Part shown: one piece after another, positions 1 to 13,481 of the stretch
Numbering within the stretch: the stretch's first letter is position 1
How the letters are laid out: each line of letters begins with the position of its first letter
Assembly (NCBI GenBank): GCA_046563655.1
Contig: CM102283.1
Location: forward strand, 5,394,001-5,458,000
DNA length: 64,000 nt
Source: Yuukianura sp. NJ FZ-2021
Taxonomy: Eukaryota
Direction of reading: 5' to 3'
Translations under genes and position numbers: made by a program
Notes under the pieces: model-generated
Databases searched by the model: none
The model's input: only the letters and a program-made list of their open reading frames with translations
What the model was told of the DNA's origin: nothing

Positions 1-798
1 CCAGCCAAATACACGTTTGCGCAACTCCACTTCCACTGGGCACAAACGGATCGTTTGGGCTCCGAACATCAAGTCAATGGACACAGGCAAGGAAACTAAC
101 GTCAAATAATTAATAAAGAAATAATAAATTAACCATATCCAAATATTTTACTTACTTTTGGATAGCTATCCATTGGAGCTGCATGTCGTGCACTACAAGT
201 CAAGCTACGATTCACTTGCCGATGCACTGAGCGCTACACACCAAGACAAAGAAGCTGTTGCTGTCATGGGCATATTTTTTGATGTTTGTCTTCACTAGAT
301 TATTTTTGACTTTTGACCTCGGCCATAACCATTCCTTTACGGACGTTTCAGGTATCACATAAGACAAATAAGGCACTGCAGCCAATCGTTGACGCCCTAC
401 CGGAACTGGAGGATAAAGGAATGCTTAAACTGTTTAACCTGTCTTTGCGCATCTCTAAATTGTACCCAGAACGACTTGAGTTTGCGCGCTACCATGGTTC
501 TCTCACTACACCCGGTTGTGATGAAAAAGTCATTTGGACAGTCTTCCTGTGGCCCGCCAAAATTTCAAGAACCCAAATGGACGCTTTTCGTTTACTTACA
601 AATGAAGAGCTTCTTTCATCCTTCAACTACAGAACTCCACAGCCGCTTAACGGAAGACAAGTTTTGTTCTACAAAGGATTTTTTGCTCTTCCGCCATTCT
701 TGGCTGTATTCAATCCTGCCAAATATTTTCTGAACTTTCTACTTAACTTTTTTCAAACTACTTTTAATTACTTAAAGCCTAACCTTGTAATTTTATGA
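1..798 (+). CDS. Alpha-carbonic anhydrase, 5'-truncated by window edge (exons 1-86, 166-283, 352-798)
   Basis: Spliced translation gives QLHFHW..GSEH..GHSYPLELHVVHY (three Zn-binding His) and YHGSLTTPGCDEKVIWTV, NYRTPQPLNGRQV. Hydrophobic C-terminal tail. First intron (87-165) is GC-AG. Confidence 0.95.
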
Positions 799-1169
799 GT
801 GACTGCTTCTGAATATACGAGTAATTCTTTCACTGTTTATTGATAAAAATTATAGATAATAAAAGTTGCTATAAAATCTGATAAGAAAATGTATAATATT
901 TCTAGCACTTAAATTTTCTGTTAGAACCAAACTTTTTTTTTGCATAACAAAAGACGAATACGATGCAGTATTCGCTTATTTCATAATGCATGGCAGGAAG
1001 AAATTGAGAACAAAACAATTGATAGCAGCAGCACTTAATTGAGTTAAGACTTTATATCAAGTGAAAAGTAAAAGTTAAAAATGCATTGTTCTGCCATTAC
1101 TTTGTTGATTGTACAATACAGGTAGCTTCTTCAGTAATTCCTTGTACATGGAGGTGTAGCGGATTCACC

Positions 1170-1723
1170 ATGAGTTTCGTGAAAATGGACGTAAGTAACT
1201 CCTTATTTAACTTTATCTGACTGAAAACTGTGCAAAATGTATTCAAATTACATAATACATATTGATGATTTTTTGTATTTCTTCCTATATTTGCCGTACT
1301 CTTCAGATACGAATTTTATTGTTACTGGCGCTGTTCTGGAACAGTGGAGATTGTGCAGCAGCAGGAACTGGAAAAGCCAGTCAGTCGCTTGACCTCGGTG
1401 GAAATGAAGCTAGATTTCAATCCATGGGGAAAATAGTGGCGAAATTAAGCCCCTGTGCAGGGCCTTACAACGACTGTTGCACCATCGACCCAGAGCAGGC
1501 GCAGAATCCAGACACAACTTTCATATATCCCAGCTACTTGACGCAATACTTCTATATTTGTGTAGAAAACAGAGAAACGGGTACTTTGGAACCCGAGTTC
1601 TTCCGATGCCCATTCGACGTCACCGATGAAGGGTACTACGAAGGGCTCTTCAATGCAGATGACTCGGTCGGATGCTACTTGGCTCCTGTTGAGGCTCAAC
1701 GAAAGCGAAGGCCAACAATTTAA
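1170..1723 (+). CDS. Small secreted Cys-rich protein, peritrophin-A/CBM14 chitin-binding-like (exons 1170-1190, 1307-1723)
   Basis: ATG exon MSFVKMD|gtaagt, acceptor cttcag, then signal-peptide-like ILLLLALFW. Motif YFYIC..FRCP..LFN..GCY resembles chitin-binding type-2 domains. AATAAA at ~1788. Confidence 0.6.
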
Positions 1724-2845
1724 TTAACGTCTGGTATAATTAATTCCGTATTTGAATATTAGAATTTACTGCATAATTGAATTATTCAATAAAAGTTCAA
1801 TTCATGGAAGTTGATTAACGTTGTTCACAAAAATAAATTTCACTTTTTAAAGATTTTTACGTCATTCTGTATTGTCGACTGAGTCGGTAATTTATTTAGA
1901 AAAAGGATTCAATTTGCTCGTTTGTTAATAACGTAAATTCAAAGCACGAGAAACACTTCAATATAATAAACTCAAGCGTCGTAAAGAAAAGAAGATGACC
2001 AATGTTATTTTTCAAACGTTGTTTACTAATACTAGGTTTTAAGTACCTAATACTATGCACCAAACAATTGTTTAACCTTAGCTGTGGTGAATGATGAAAA
2101 ACAGATATAATTTTCAGACACAGTAACTCCCACAAATAATTCATTTCATTTTCCAAAATCCAATTTTATGACTCTGCGTTGTTTATTCACGCGTTTCGAA
2201 TTTAGCTTTAGTGAGAATGGCGCAGAATGGCGTTTCTGTTTGGTTAATTGGGTAAGACATGTTTAAAAAATTTGTGTTTGGCTTTGACCATAGGATACAT
2301 TGTATTCTATGTATGTGCGAATTCATTGAAGCGTGTCATACAAAGTCAAGTTCCGCAAAACCCTGATCATTCAAGCATATAACAATTTCATTTGTAAAAC
2401 GCAGCATATTCAGTTGATCAGGGACTAGTGTGAGATGCATTTAAAAAGTATTGTATTGTAATTCACGTTCGACATAAAATTTCATATGGATCGAAATGTC
2501 ACGCGCTCCTAACACCACGTCAGTGACATTTAGTTATTAAGGTTTTCCAAAGAAGACGTAAGTATTCAACAAATTATGAAACTGTAAAATTTGTTTTAGT
2601 CATGTACTGAAAAGAGTTATATTTCCATTTCAATGTACAAAAAATAAGTTTGTGTCGTTGGGTCAATCGAGAAGCAAATGACACTTATTCGCTGTGTAAT
2701 ACTAGACATGAACGAGATGTTCCTAAATCATGGGCATTTTATCGACTAACCTATCAAAAATTAATATTACCAAAATCTATACGGAGTGAACTACAAACTC
2801 ATTAAACCCGTGGAACTTTTCAGGAAGACGCGTCATGTTGCGGAT

Positions 2846-3512
2846 TTAGCCGAACGGACAGCAAATTCCACCGAGCGTTTCCAGCGGCATGCAGTCACCA
2901 ACTTCTCCTCGACAAAATTCACGACTTGTGATTTCAAACTGATTAAAATCATTAGTAGTGTAGCCCAGGTCAGCTTTAAGCCATTCGACCAGCTCAGATT
3001 GAAATTTTGGACTGATTTTGCCATTCTAAAAAAAATCAACGCTTCTTTAAGATGAAACCTCGGTCAGGTTTACTTTAATTTTCAGAACTTACCAGCATGA
3101 GTTCCATGACGGAGTCTGGGATGAGGTTGTAACTGTACTGCGTTGGGGCATTGTCGGAAACCAAGAGACCATAGATCCCGGGAGTGCGTTCAGCCTCTCC
3201 GCCTTCATGCGCAATCGCCAGACGCAACACCCATTCTTGTTCTGAACAGATCAAAAAGTTTTCAAGTTTTAAAAAGAAAAGTGAAAATCCTATGAAATCA
3301 GGCAAGTTTTTACCAAGCAAAGTCAGCTCATCGAAGAACCGCTGGTGTTTATTAGATAGAATACCAATTCCATTTGGTTCGTCAGCGGGAAATTCGAGTT
3401 CAACTTTCTTAACAAACGCTTCTGCCTGGGCGTCCAGCTCCTGTTTACTTAGGATTCTTCCAGTTGAAAATGAATTCAAGAGGAGAAGTGCAAGAGCTCC
3501 AATCATGCGCAT
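2846..3512 (-). CDS. Small secreted protein of unknown function with C-terminal Cys cluster (exons 3512-3314, 3241-3093, 3025-2846)
   Basis: Signal peptide MRMIGALALLLLNSFSTG. Two GT-AG introns keep the frame. Ends FCRGEVGDCMPLETLGGICCPFG*. Confidence 0.7.
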
Positions 3513-4462
3513 TTTGGACTTTTGCGACGAAATACCTTTGAAGGGTTTCAAAATTTTTAATATTCTTTCTGAACTTTACTTGACTTTTTTCAACCTTTCG
3601 AAATCGTGATGCTTTGACGTTTGTCCAGTTTTCGCAAACTGGGGCCGCATTTAAGCCAAAAGTTGGCAATGGAATTGACATTGGCAATGCACAAAATGCC
3701 TTGAAGGCCGATAGCGTCAATGTTGGTGGAATTTCGACGTAATGAAAACACGAAAAGTCAATTAAGATAAATTTAAAACAAAGTTTGAGAACTTCTGGAG
3801 TTCAAGTGTTTTCCATTTACGTCGTGGACAAAATCAATTAGTGCATGAATCAATGCCCAAAATAAACAGAAATCAAAAATATCCAGAATTTTCGACTACC
3901 AATTCCGGCATAACTCCAATTTTCTATTCAATTTGCTCATCCATCCATGAGTTAAAAGTGTCAAGTTGACACATCAGAAGACAAACATCAAACGAACCGC
4001 CATCACGCCATTTTTATCGTAACGTGTTTGACATCACATCGACGATCAGCAGGTGCAGAGTTGATACAAAAATGATATTTGTAAAAAATAATCTAATAAA
4101 ATATTTTAGACATGAATATACTAGAATTATTAAAAATTCGAAATATATTCAAAATGCAAATAATTCGAGCAAAGTTTTTCTTGCGTCTTCAAATCTAACT
4201 TGAAAACTAAGAAACCTTCTAAACCTTGCTTTTTCAAAATTCAAAACGATTTGAAAACGGTGTAACACAGTCATCGGAAAAAGTATTTTCATTTTCTGTT
4301 GAACATTTCTTGTTTCTATGGTTACCACACCGATTAACTAAAACATTTCCAAAAATTTAAACACTTTACATGGCACGAGCTATGCCGATTGTAGTACACG
4401 ATTACGACCTGAACTGGGCTTTCATAATTTTTGTTCCAAAAATTTCCAATTCCAAAAGAATC

Positions 4463-5319
4463 ATGGCTGCTGCAAATTCGACTACATTGTCTCAGGTGCT
4501 GGGTCAAAATTACAAATTATTTGCGTTAATTCGTAAAAAATCAAAAAAATTCGTTAATAATTGTAACTTGTTACTTTCAAGCGTCGTCTTCAAAGGGAAT
4601 TGCACGAAATGATGAATGATCCATTGCCAGAACTAAGAATCGACACAGATGCCATGGACGAACTGGACACGTAATGTTAAAATGAAATTGAATTGATCTA
4701 TCGAGCAATTTTGTAAAAGTAAATTTTGGTGTTTCTAAAGATGGTTCGTTGACCTCACGGGCGCAGAAGGAACGCTTTACGCTGGAGAGAAAATGAGGCT
4801 TCGCTTCAAATTCAGTGCAGATTACCCCTGGAAAGTTCCTGAGGTGACCTTGACCTTTAGATGCTACTTTTTCAACTAAACTGATTCCGGTTTAAACCTG
4901 TTCGTGTGTTGGTTTCAGGTCATTTTCGTTGGACCGCACATTCCGGAGCATCCGCATGTCTACAGCAATGGCCATATCTGCTTGTCAATCCTGGGCACAG
5001 ACTGGTCAGCAGCCATGTCCGTTACTGGAATTTGTCTCTCCATTATTTCGATGCTTAGCAGTTGCAAAAAGAAAGTATGTTAATAGTTAATTATACCGTT
5101 AATTACAATCGTTATCTTCGTTCATTGTTACATTCATTGTTTGTTATAATCTCCAGCTCAAGCCAGAGAATGATGAAAGTTATGTTCAGCGTAGCCGCGG
5201 CAAGTCACCGCTGGACATGAAATGGCTATACGATGGTGAGCATACTTCAAAAATCCACGGTTAAAAACAAACTAATTTTAGAAAAAATTGTTTTTTGTTT
5301 TTCAGATAACACTTGTTGA
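4463..5319 (+). CDS. UBE2W: Ubiquitin-conjugating enzyme E2 W-like, 6 exons
   Basis: Spliced protein has RRLQRELHEM, GAEGTLYAGE, PEHPHVYSNGHICLSILGTDWS (catalytic Cys) and ends KWLYDDNTC*, matching the UBE2W signature HPHVYSNGHICLSIL and C-terminus. Missed by the ORF track because the exons are short. Confidence 0.9.
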
Positions 5320-5634
5320 ACCCGTTCCGAAGAAAATATGTAAGCAAATTGACGTGAAAGTGAAATTAAAAATTTAGAGTGGCGTTAAACTGTTGTGAAA
5401 AATTTGAAGTAGTTTTGATTAGTCAATCTCCCACAATAATTTAATTTCTATTTTTCTGGTGTTAATACAACCATATGGTAACTACTTTCTGGTTCCACGA
5501 ATTCCGACGCATATGTCCCTCATAATTGTATTATGGAAAGCTAAAGCTAAAAGTTAATAAGCTAATGAGTTGGTAACTACTAGACAGACTACTACGATGA
5601 CACAATAAAGAAAGTGTAACGGAGAAGGTGATTT

Positions 5635-6572
<938 letters not shown>

Positions 6573-7334
6573 TTACTAATTACCTCCTCCTCCTCACTGA
6601 ATTGAAGTAAAGTGAAACAACCTTGGGAGTAGAACTTTGCCACTTGGACTTGGCAGTAGAAATGGTAACACGGCAGTTGAAGCCGCTTGGCTACCCAAAT
6701 GTGCAAAATTCTTGCGCCTTTTGCAGAATTTAGCAAAGAATTCTCTCTTAATTTTCAATTTCCCCTGCTTTTGTGAAATTTCGGAATTTAAATTGGAATC
6801 AAATACACAAGAGAAAATCGGCCTCTGCCGTATGTGATGTTGTCTGGGTCTGGCTAAAGGTCGGATAGCGTACTCCTCGGATTTCTATGATGGTGCGCAC
6901 ATTGTAATTTCGCGGATTCTGGAACAGGTTAGGTGTACTAAAAACCTTACTCATACTACCTATTGAAATATAGCTTCAATCGTGTTTGAGCGACCAAGCT
7001 TCTTAAGTAATACACCATAAAACTTATGTTACCGAAAATAGTCGTGAAAATTCGCGAATCCGGCCTGAAAGTTGCTACAAAACTGCTGCCACTTTTTTCT
7101 AAAAACGTTTTTTTTAAGTTAGTGAATTTTAGCATTAAATTCTTTCACAATATTCAGAATTTTAGACATTTTTAATTTTTGAACAAAATCTACAAAAGTT
7201 TTTCTTAGATGAGCGTTTTGATTTATTATTTTTAGAAAAATATAAATTGCCAATTTTTTGAGTAAATTTTTCACGTCCAGCGTGAAATTTTTGTGATCGT
7301 GAAAATGTGTCTTAAATTTTTGAGTGGGTGGAGC

Positions 7335-8373
7335 TTAGTGTCCGATCTTGAAGAAGGTGCGGGCAGAGTCAGAGTCGATGAGGAATTCGGGCGTTTCGAC
7401 GTGGGTCTTGGTAGGGCCTTCGGGCTGAAGTGGGGCGACGAAGGCGACTGGAGCTGGTGGGGCAGCGAAGGTGGAGACAATGACCTTGGTGGGTTTGGCA
7501 GCATATGCGTAAGGAGCATAAGAGGTCATGGTGGGTCTGTCGTACTGGCTGAGGTCAAGTTTCGGCAGGAGGAGGAGCGACTTCTTGATTTCCTCGGGCA
7601 TCGGTGGGGGTGTGGGGAGGTGGCTGCCGTGGACGTTGTATCCGTTTTCGTCAGCAGTGTACGTCATACTGAAAAGAATTTCGAAATTTTGAAAATCGAA
7701 ATTTTCAAATTATTTTTTGAAAAGTTTGTTTTAGCAAACGAACTTACGCAATACGCTGTCCATCCGGGGCGGTCCAGGAGGCGGAGCCAGTCTTGGTGGA
7801 TCCAACTTCTCCCTTGACGACTTTGAGACCACCGGCTTCAGCCATCTTGGTTCCATCAGTGCCCTCTGACCTAAAGTATTTCAAGTAATTCAAGTATTTC
7901 GTAATTACCAAAACTAATTCAAAGTAATTTCGTTCAAAAGTTTTTTCTAATTCATAATTTTAGTAAAAATCTAAGACCCCTTACTCAAAGTTGTAGTTCC
8001 CAGCGTTGTCCGAGGCTAATAAATCAAAAATTCAATTTGAAATACCATGAATTACTTGTAACTCAATTTGAAATACTTCTGAATTATTTGTAATTCAATT
8101 GTAATTATGTTATTATAGTCTTACATCCAACCATACGAACAATTTGAGGAAATTTGTTCAACCGACTGTCGAACACTACTGCTCCACCGTTGTAGCTTCC
8201 GTACCCGCCGTACATTCCATTTCCACTGACAGCCACAAACAGGGCAGCGACACACAGAAACTAAAATTCAAACACCAAAAAATTTTGAAAAAAAAATCCT
8301 TTTTTAAAATTTTGTAAAATTTCAAAGCCACATAAAACTAAAACTTTTTTTTCCTAAAACTTACGATATTCAT
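7335..8373 (-). CDS. Cuticular protein with RR-1 (Chitin_bind_4) domain, 5 exons
   Basis: [16 protein letters not shown] signal peptide, GYG repeats, [39 protein letters not shown] (Rebers-Riddiford consensus). Confidence 0.9.
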
Positions 8374-8469
8374 TGTAGTTTCGATTTCTCTTGGTTTGAA
8401 GTTCTTCAAAAAAAAAAGTTAAGAATTTTGTAAATTTTCTGATTTTTCCTGAGTGAATTTGTAGAAGTG

Positions 8470-8600
8470 AACTGATGACTCTGCTGAAACTGGAGCTTGT
8501 TTAAATAGGAAGTGACTCTGAAAGGGAACTTGAAAGGGGGGCCCTTAAGGGCGTTTAAGGTTCATCACTGACCTTGTTGTGGAGGTCATCGATGACCTTG
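8470..8600 (-). promoter_or_regulatory. Core promoter of the cuticle gene: Inr, TATA-like box and paired nuclear-receptor half-sites
   Basis: On minus: TCAGTT initiator at 8475-8470 and TATTTAAA at 8507-8500 (~30 bp apart). Upstream are GGTTCA-N4-TGACCT (8559-8574) and AGGTCA-N4-TGACCT (8583-8598). Confidence 0.55.
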
Positions 8601-8838
8601 TTTGTTTCTTCCGCGAGGACACTTCACAATTTGAATATTTTGTTCTAAGTTTAGAAAATCGTACACCAAGGTCTTCAAACAAAAGAATTTAGAAATTCAA
8701 CAACAACAATTTGTTATTTCCTCAAAACGACGCCCTTGCTCAAAATAAGCTAAAGGCAAAAATTATTTACATAACGTTATTACATATTACATATAAATTG
8801 TACAAAATAAGTTATTATATTTAATTAGTTAACTTATT

Positions 8839-10416
8839 CTAATCATATTGTCCCGGTGGAATCGGGTGGAGTCGATAATGTAAGCAAAACAGAATGTCAC
8901 CCGCAATTGAAATTCGGAGCATCGATGGCAGCGGTTCTTGGTAGCGCGAGTGAACATAAGACTTTAGCAACCGGAACTAAAAAGAATAAAATGTATTATA
9001 TTAATTTATTAAAATATAATATATTATTATAATAGTTACAGCATTATATTTGTCCATGGTCATGTCAGCCCCAGGAGTCGTCACAAGGTGGTTCATCCAG
9101 AGATTAATTGCTCTCATTCCAGCATTCACCTCCACCGCCGCCTCAACCGTGTACAAAATCAGTCCCATTTTGAGCAAAAAGCTCAACAAAACCAAAAGTA
9201 CAACTCGGATGACAGTCACTTGATCGACAGCATTCGGGTCAATATTTTGGAGGCTCAATAGACGTTCGAGGTCAAGAATTTCATTGGTGTATACAGACAC
9301 CAGGACAGTGAAGAGGACAAAAGACAAGTACGTGGAAAAGAGGAGGTTGACCTCTTGGATTCTGTTGGCGAGGTCACGGAAAGTGGCCTTTAACGAACAG
9401 AAAATTTCAAGTTCGACCCCATGTTGCGTGTTCACGTTGCGTAGAAAGTTGTTGACGACTCTGACTTGACGCCCAAGTGCCCACGCTGTCACGACGTAGA
9501 CATTCATCAAGCAAAACGAGAAAACCGGACCGAGAACGTAGTTCGTAAAGTGCGTTCGGATGGACTCGGAATCTGTCGAGACGAGGCCATGTTTGACGTG
9601 GATTCTGAAATACAGCCACGCATGCGTCAAGTGAATCAGAACGGCGCAGCCGTAGAGTCCAAAAAGTAAAATTTTGTGAGATTCCATTGGACGGCGACTT
9701 TGACCCCGGTTGCTGTTAAAAGGTCAAACAAAAGGTCGATATTTGATATTTCAAAACAGGTCAAAAGAATCAAAAATGAAACATCTTACTGCTGACCCAG
9801 ATTGTTAAAAATAGTCAAAAGTCAATTAAACGTCGAAAAGATCTAGCCAGCTAAAGGTCGCCTGACTACTATGAAATATTTTACTGTGAAAGACACCTTA
9901 CCTGATTTTGGAAATAAGTTCAGGATTGAGTATAAAAGAATCTGCAGCGTGGTTGACCTCGGTCAAACTTCTGACCAAATCTAGGAGTTCGTGACCTTTG
10001 ACCCAAATGTAGTTGAGAGGCAATAGAATAGGGAGGCACTGGAGTACTTTCAGAAGGCTATTTAAGATTACCAAGTTCAGTTGACCTTTGACCACCAAAA
10101 GATCAAATATCACATACACATTGTAGGAAATATAGGTGTTGAAACACAGTGCGATGACGAGAAGGACCAAGGTCAAGGTCACCCCCAGGAGTGAGTGGAG
10201 GTGGAGCCACGACGAAACCCACCCCACCCAGCCTCTTTTGCCTGATTTGATTGGTTGATTTGGATACAACAAGTGACAGGGTATCCCCAGAAGCAACAAG
10301 GGGAGAGAGGCGATCTTGACCTCTGTCCTTGAAAATTTCATCGCAGCTTCTGCAACAAGTGACAAAGGCGGCAAACCTTGCTCTTCATCTGAGCCACCAA
10401 AATGCAGTGGTTCCAT
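8839..10416 (-). CDS. Gustatory-receptor-like multi-pass membrane protein (7tm_7-like); 3' exon structure uncertain
   Basis: Two long hydrophobic ORFs (9898-10416, 9001-9687) joined by GT-AG introns, with several TM segments and the GR-like stretch FRDLANRIQEVNLLFSTYL. Short last exon from ~8976. Confidence 0.6.
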
Positions 10417-11553
10417 TTCAACACTTTGTCAAAAGTCAAACTTCTTTTTCATTGTTTTTCAAATAGCCTTAATTCAATAAGGTTTCTGAAATTTTGCAAA
10501 ATTTCGAAAAGCACAGAAACAGATGGATGAACTTGAACCACTATGCTTTCTGTTCTGTTTCTGTTCCGCCGAATCACGAAAATTTCGAAATTTCGTCATT
10601 TCGAGTTTTTTTTAGAACGGGTTTTGGACTTCGTAAAATCATATCACGCAAAGGCAAAGTACACAAAAAAATCAATTGCAAAGAAAAGGTTAGATAAATT
10701 ATAAATGAAATTTATTTTAACAACGGACTTATTCAAAATGAAATGTCAATTTTTCATTTTTGAACATGAAGGTTCGATTTTTATTTTTCATTTCAATTTA
10801 CTTGTTACTTGGACCGTGAATTACTTTGAATTACTTCACCAGCATCAACATTACACAAACATGCAAAAACATAACAGAAGATGATATGAACTTTCCTTCA
10901 GGTTTTAGCAGTAAACTAGCTCTAATCGAATTAATTTATAAGTTAATTCGATTTGTTTACTAAATCAAGTGTGTAAAAAGCGAAAACTGGGCATGAAAAC
11001 AAAAAAATCAGCACCAAAGAGAAAGATTCAATTTGAAATGAGATCGACGACCGGCGCATGCGCAAAGCGCATTGTGATTTTTGGTCGGACATTTCGGTCA
11101 TTTCAGTCATTTTGAACATTTCAGACCAAAATTTCAAAAATGACCGAAAGTGGGAACACTGACTATGTAGGTACTAATGTAAAGGGAGAAATCATAATCC
11201 TAATTGACTGACTCATTAATCCTGAAATACCCCAGCAGCTTTCTAATTCCAGAGCAGAGAGACTCTTGAGAGCATTGGTCAAACAGAGAGTCATTGGTTC
11301 CAAAATGAATTGGTTCTAAGGAGGCTCCATTGTTTCTAAAAAAATTTTGTTCCTAATGCTAAAGGTTAAATTTTTTGAGGTAATCTTTCGAAACTTTTGG
11401 TTTAGAAACAATTTATTCGAACCAATGGAACCCTAGATGCATCTGAAGACCTACAGTGTTTGACCTCTGTGTTAGGAAAATCACTCAGCTTGGTGTAGGA
11501 GCTCCGTCAGTGACGGTTCTTACGAATGTTTTATTTGATTTCGAACTAAAACG

Positions 11554-12467
11554 TTAGGTTTTGCTAGCTGGTCTATTTTCAATCCATTTTTTGATGGCGG
11601 GAATGTTGATTATCTTGTGCATATGGGCTTTGAGCTGCGGAGTTTTGTCGACAATGTCAACTCCATGATTCTCCGTCCAAATCTGGATGAAGTTGGCCAA
11701 GTAGAAGTCAGCCCAGCACAGCTTGTCTCCAATTGCAAATCCGTTTTTTCCGTGTTGACTAATAAATTTTTCTAGCTTCGGGAGGTAGAACGGAAAGTGA
11801 ACTCGGCGTAATTCCTCTTCCAGTATTGCTTTCTTCGTAGGATCAAACTCTCGTAACCATGGTCGCCAACCTAAAACAAATGAAATGGTTAACCTAGAAT
11901 TTACAGCTATGTTCAGAAGTGGATTCGGAAGGAGTCGGTGCAGTACTGACAGAGCCTGATGTCCTGAAGTGTGTCCACGAGTTCGTCGGCACGAGTTCTC
12001 AGGAGATTTGTCTCCGGCAACTGACCGAATTCCGTGGCCAGGAAACGACTAATTGCACAAGATTGTGTGATTTCAGTTTCTCCCTCATTGATTTCCAGAA
12101 TAGGAAGGCGGCCGAATCCTAGCTCTGATCAACGAATCAAAAAGAATTTATGGAAACTTGAGCGTATGCGGTAAATTTGAAATGCCATATAGAAGGCATT
12201 ACTCTGTTTCCGATTGGCATCCGTGTCCCACGTTTCTCGGGGAAGTCTCTCGTCGGTAAATGGAACACCAGCTACAACAAACTGCCATCGGATGGGTTCG
12301 CCAATGGCTTTGAATGAAAAGTACTTTAATTTGTACGTGGTTGCCTGAAAAGTAGACCAACTGAATTTAGGAAACTAAACTTATAAATATAATTATTAGT
12401 AAAAAAAAATAAAATAAAAATGGCCCAAATTTTATGAAGTTGCTAAAAACAATATATTAATTACCAT
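11554..12467 (-). CDS. Glutathione S-transferase, sigma-class-like (4 exons, first is ATG only)
   Basis: M|ATTYKLKYFSFKAIGEPIRW..GVPFTDER, FGRLPILEI, TQSCAISRFLA, IGDKLCWADFYLA, IPAIKKWIENRP*. Absent from the ORF track in the correct frame. Confidence 0.92.
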
Positions 12468-12748
12468 TTTGAGTGTAGTTGATGCGGCGACTCCCCTGCT
12501 TCTAATGGCCACTGAAAAGGCTGACCTCAGAGATGGTGAGGAAATTGCCCTCTGGAAACACTGTAGGTTATTCATGTTGGCTACGTATGATGAAGTGTTC
12601 CGTTAACTATACAATTAACATTAACCTTAAATTAAGTTCTCCACCCGCCGAGTGTGAGAATACTTAAGTGGGAGATCATATGGTAAGTGGATGCCCCCGT
12701 AACAATCCCGTTAACTTTCGTTGAAGTGGAGACTTGCTTTAGAGCATA

Positions 12749-13481
12749 TCGAGTGTTCCAAAATTAACTACGACGCTTCAAGTGAAAGGGAAAGTAAAGT
12801 AGGCGGGGCGAAGAGGACGAGAGGTACACCATGGAGGGAAATTCGTGGTAAATCACATTGTGGTAAAGCAATCCCAAATAATCGTTTCCATTGATGTTTT
12901 TGTTTTTTGGAAATAGGTTAACGATTATTTCTTTCTCATGATTTTTTCCCGTTTAAAAATTCTTGAAACCGATCCAATTGACATGTTGTGCATTGCACAC
13001 AATTTCCTTACGCTTAGCAATGGATTATTTTCCCATGACTTCTTCAATGCTTCAGCGTTCTGGGGAGAGGTAGCGGTGACACGTCTGCCACTTCTTGGCT
13101 TATCATGAACTGACCCGGTGACCTTAAACTTTTCAATTAAACTAACTAACTAACCAATTAGAAAAAGCTGCCTCCACTATCCTGGAGCCTCATTTTTGGT
13201 TTTCGCCTTAGCACGATACTCAATGAACGATTCAACCACAAATGCTCTTTCTTCAGTATTAAGTCTAACTATAATTAACAGTAATTAACTTTAAAACAAT
13301 CAAAACTAATCCCAATTAAAACTGAAATCCAAGTAACAAGAATGAATGACTTGTCAAGTTCAACCGACCGCCAGAATTTTCCCTCCATGACTTCCTCTCC
13401 CGCTCAAATTCCATCCGAAGCGTCTCCACTCTTATCCACACGAAATGAAAGAAGCGTCGTAGTTAATTTTGGAACAGACGA
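12749..13481 (-). mobile_element. Internally deleted Tc1/mariner element (733 bp)
   Basis: 31-bp TIRs TCG(AG/TC)TGTTCCAAAATTAACTACGACGCTTC at 12749-12779 and 13451-13481, with TA on both flanks. Minus-strand remnant (~12925-13270) translates KFKVTGSVHDKPRSGR..NPLLSVRKL..SIGSVSRI, a mariner-type N-terminal HTH. No DDD/E domain. Confidence 0.88.

Noticed and set aside
11040-11435. CATTTCGGTC and CATTGGTTC motif clusters with single TIR-like ends
   Set aside because: No matching opposite terminus or TSD; likely old MITE debris.
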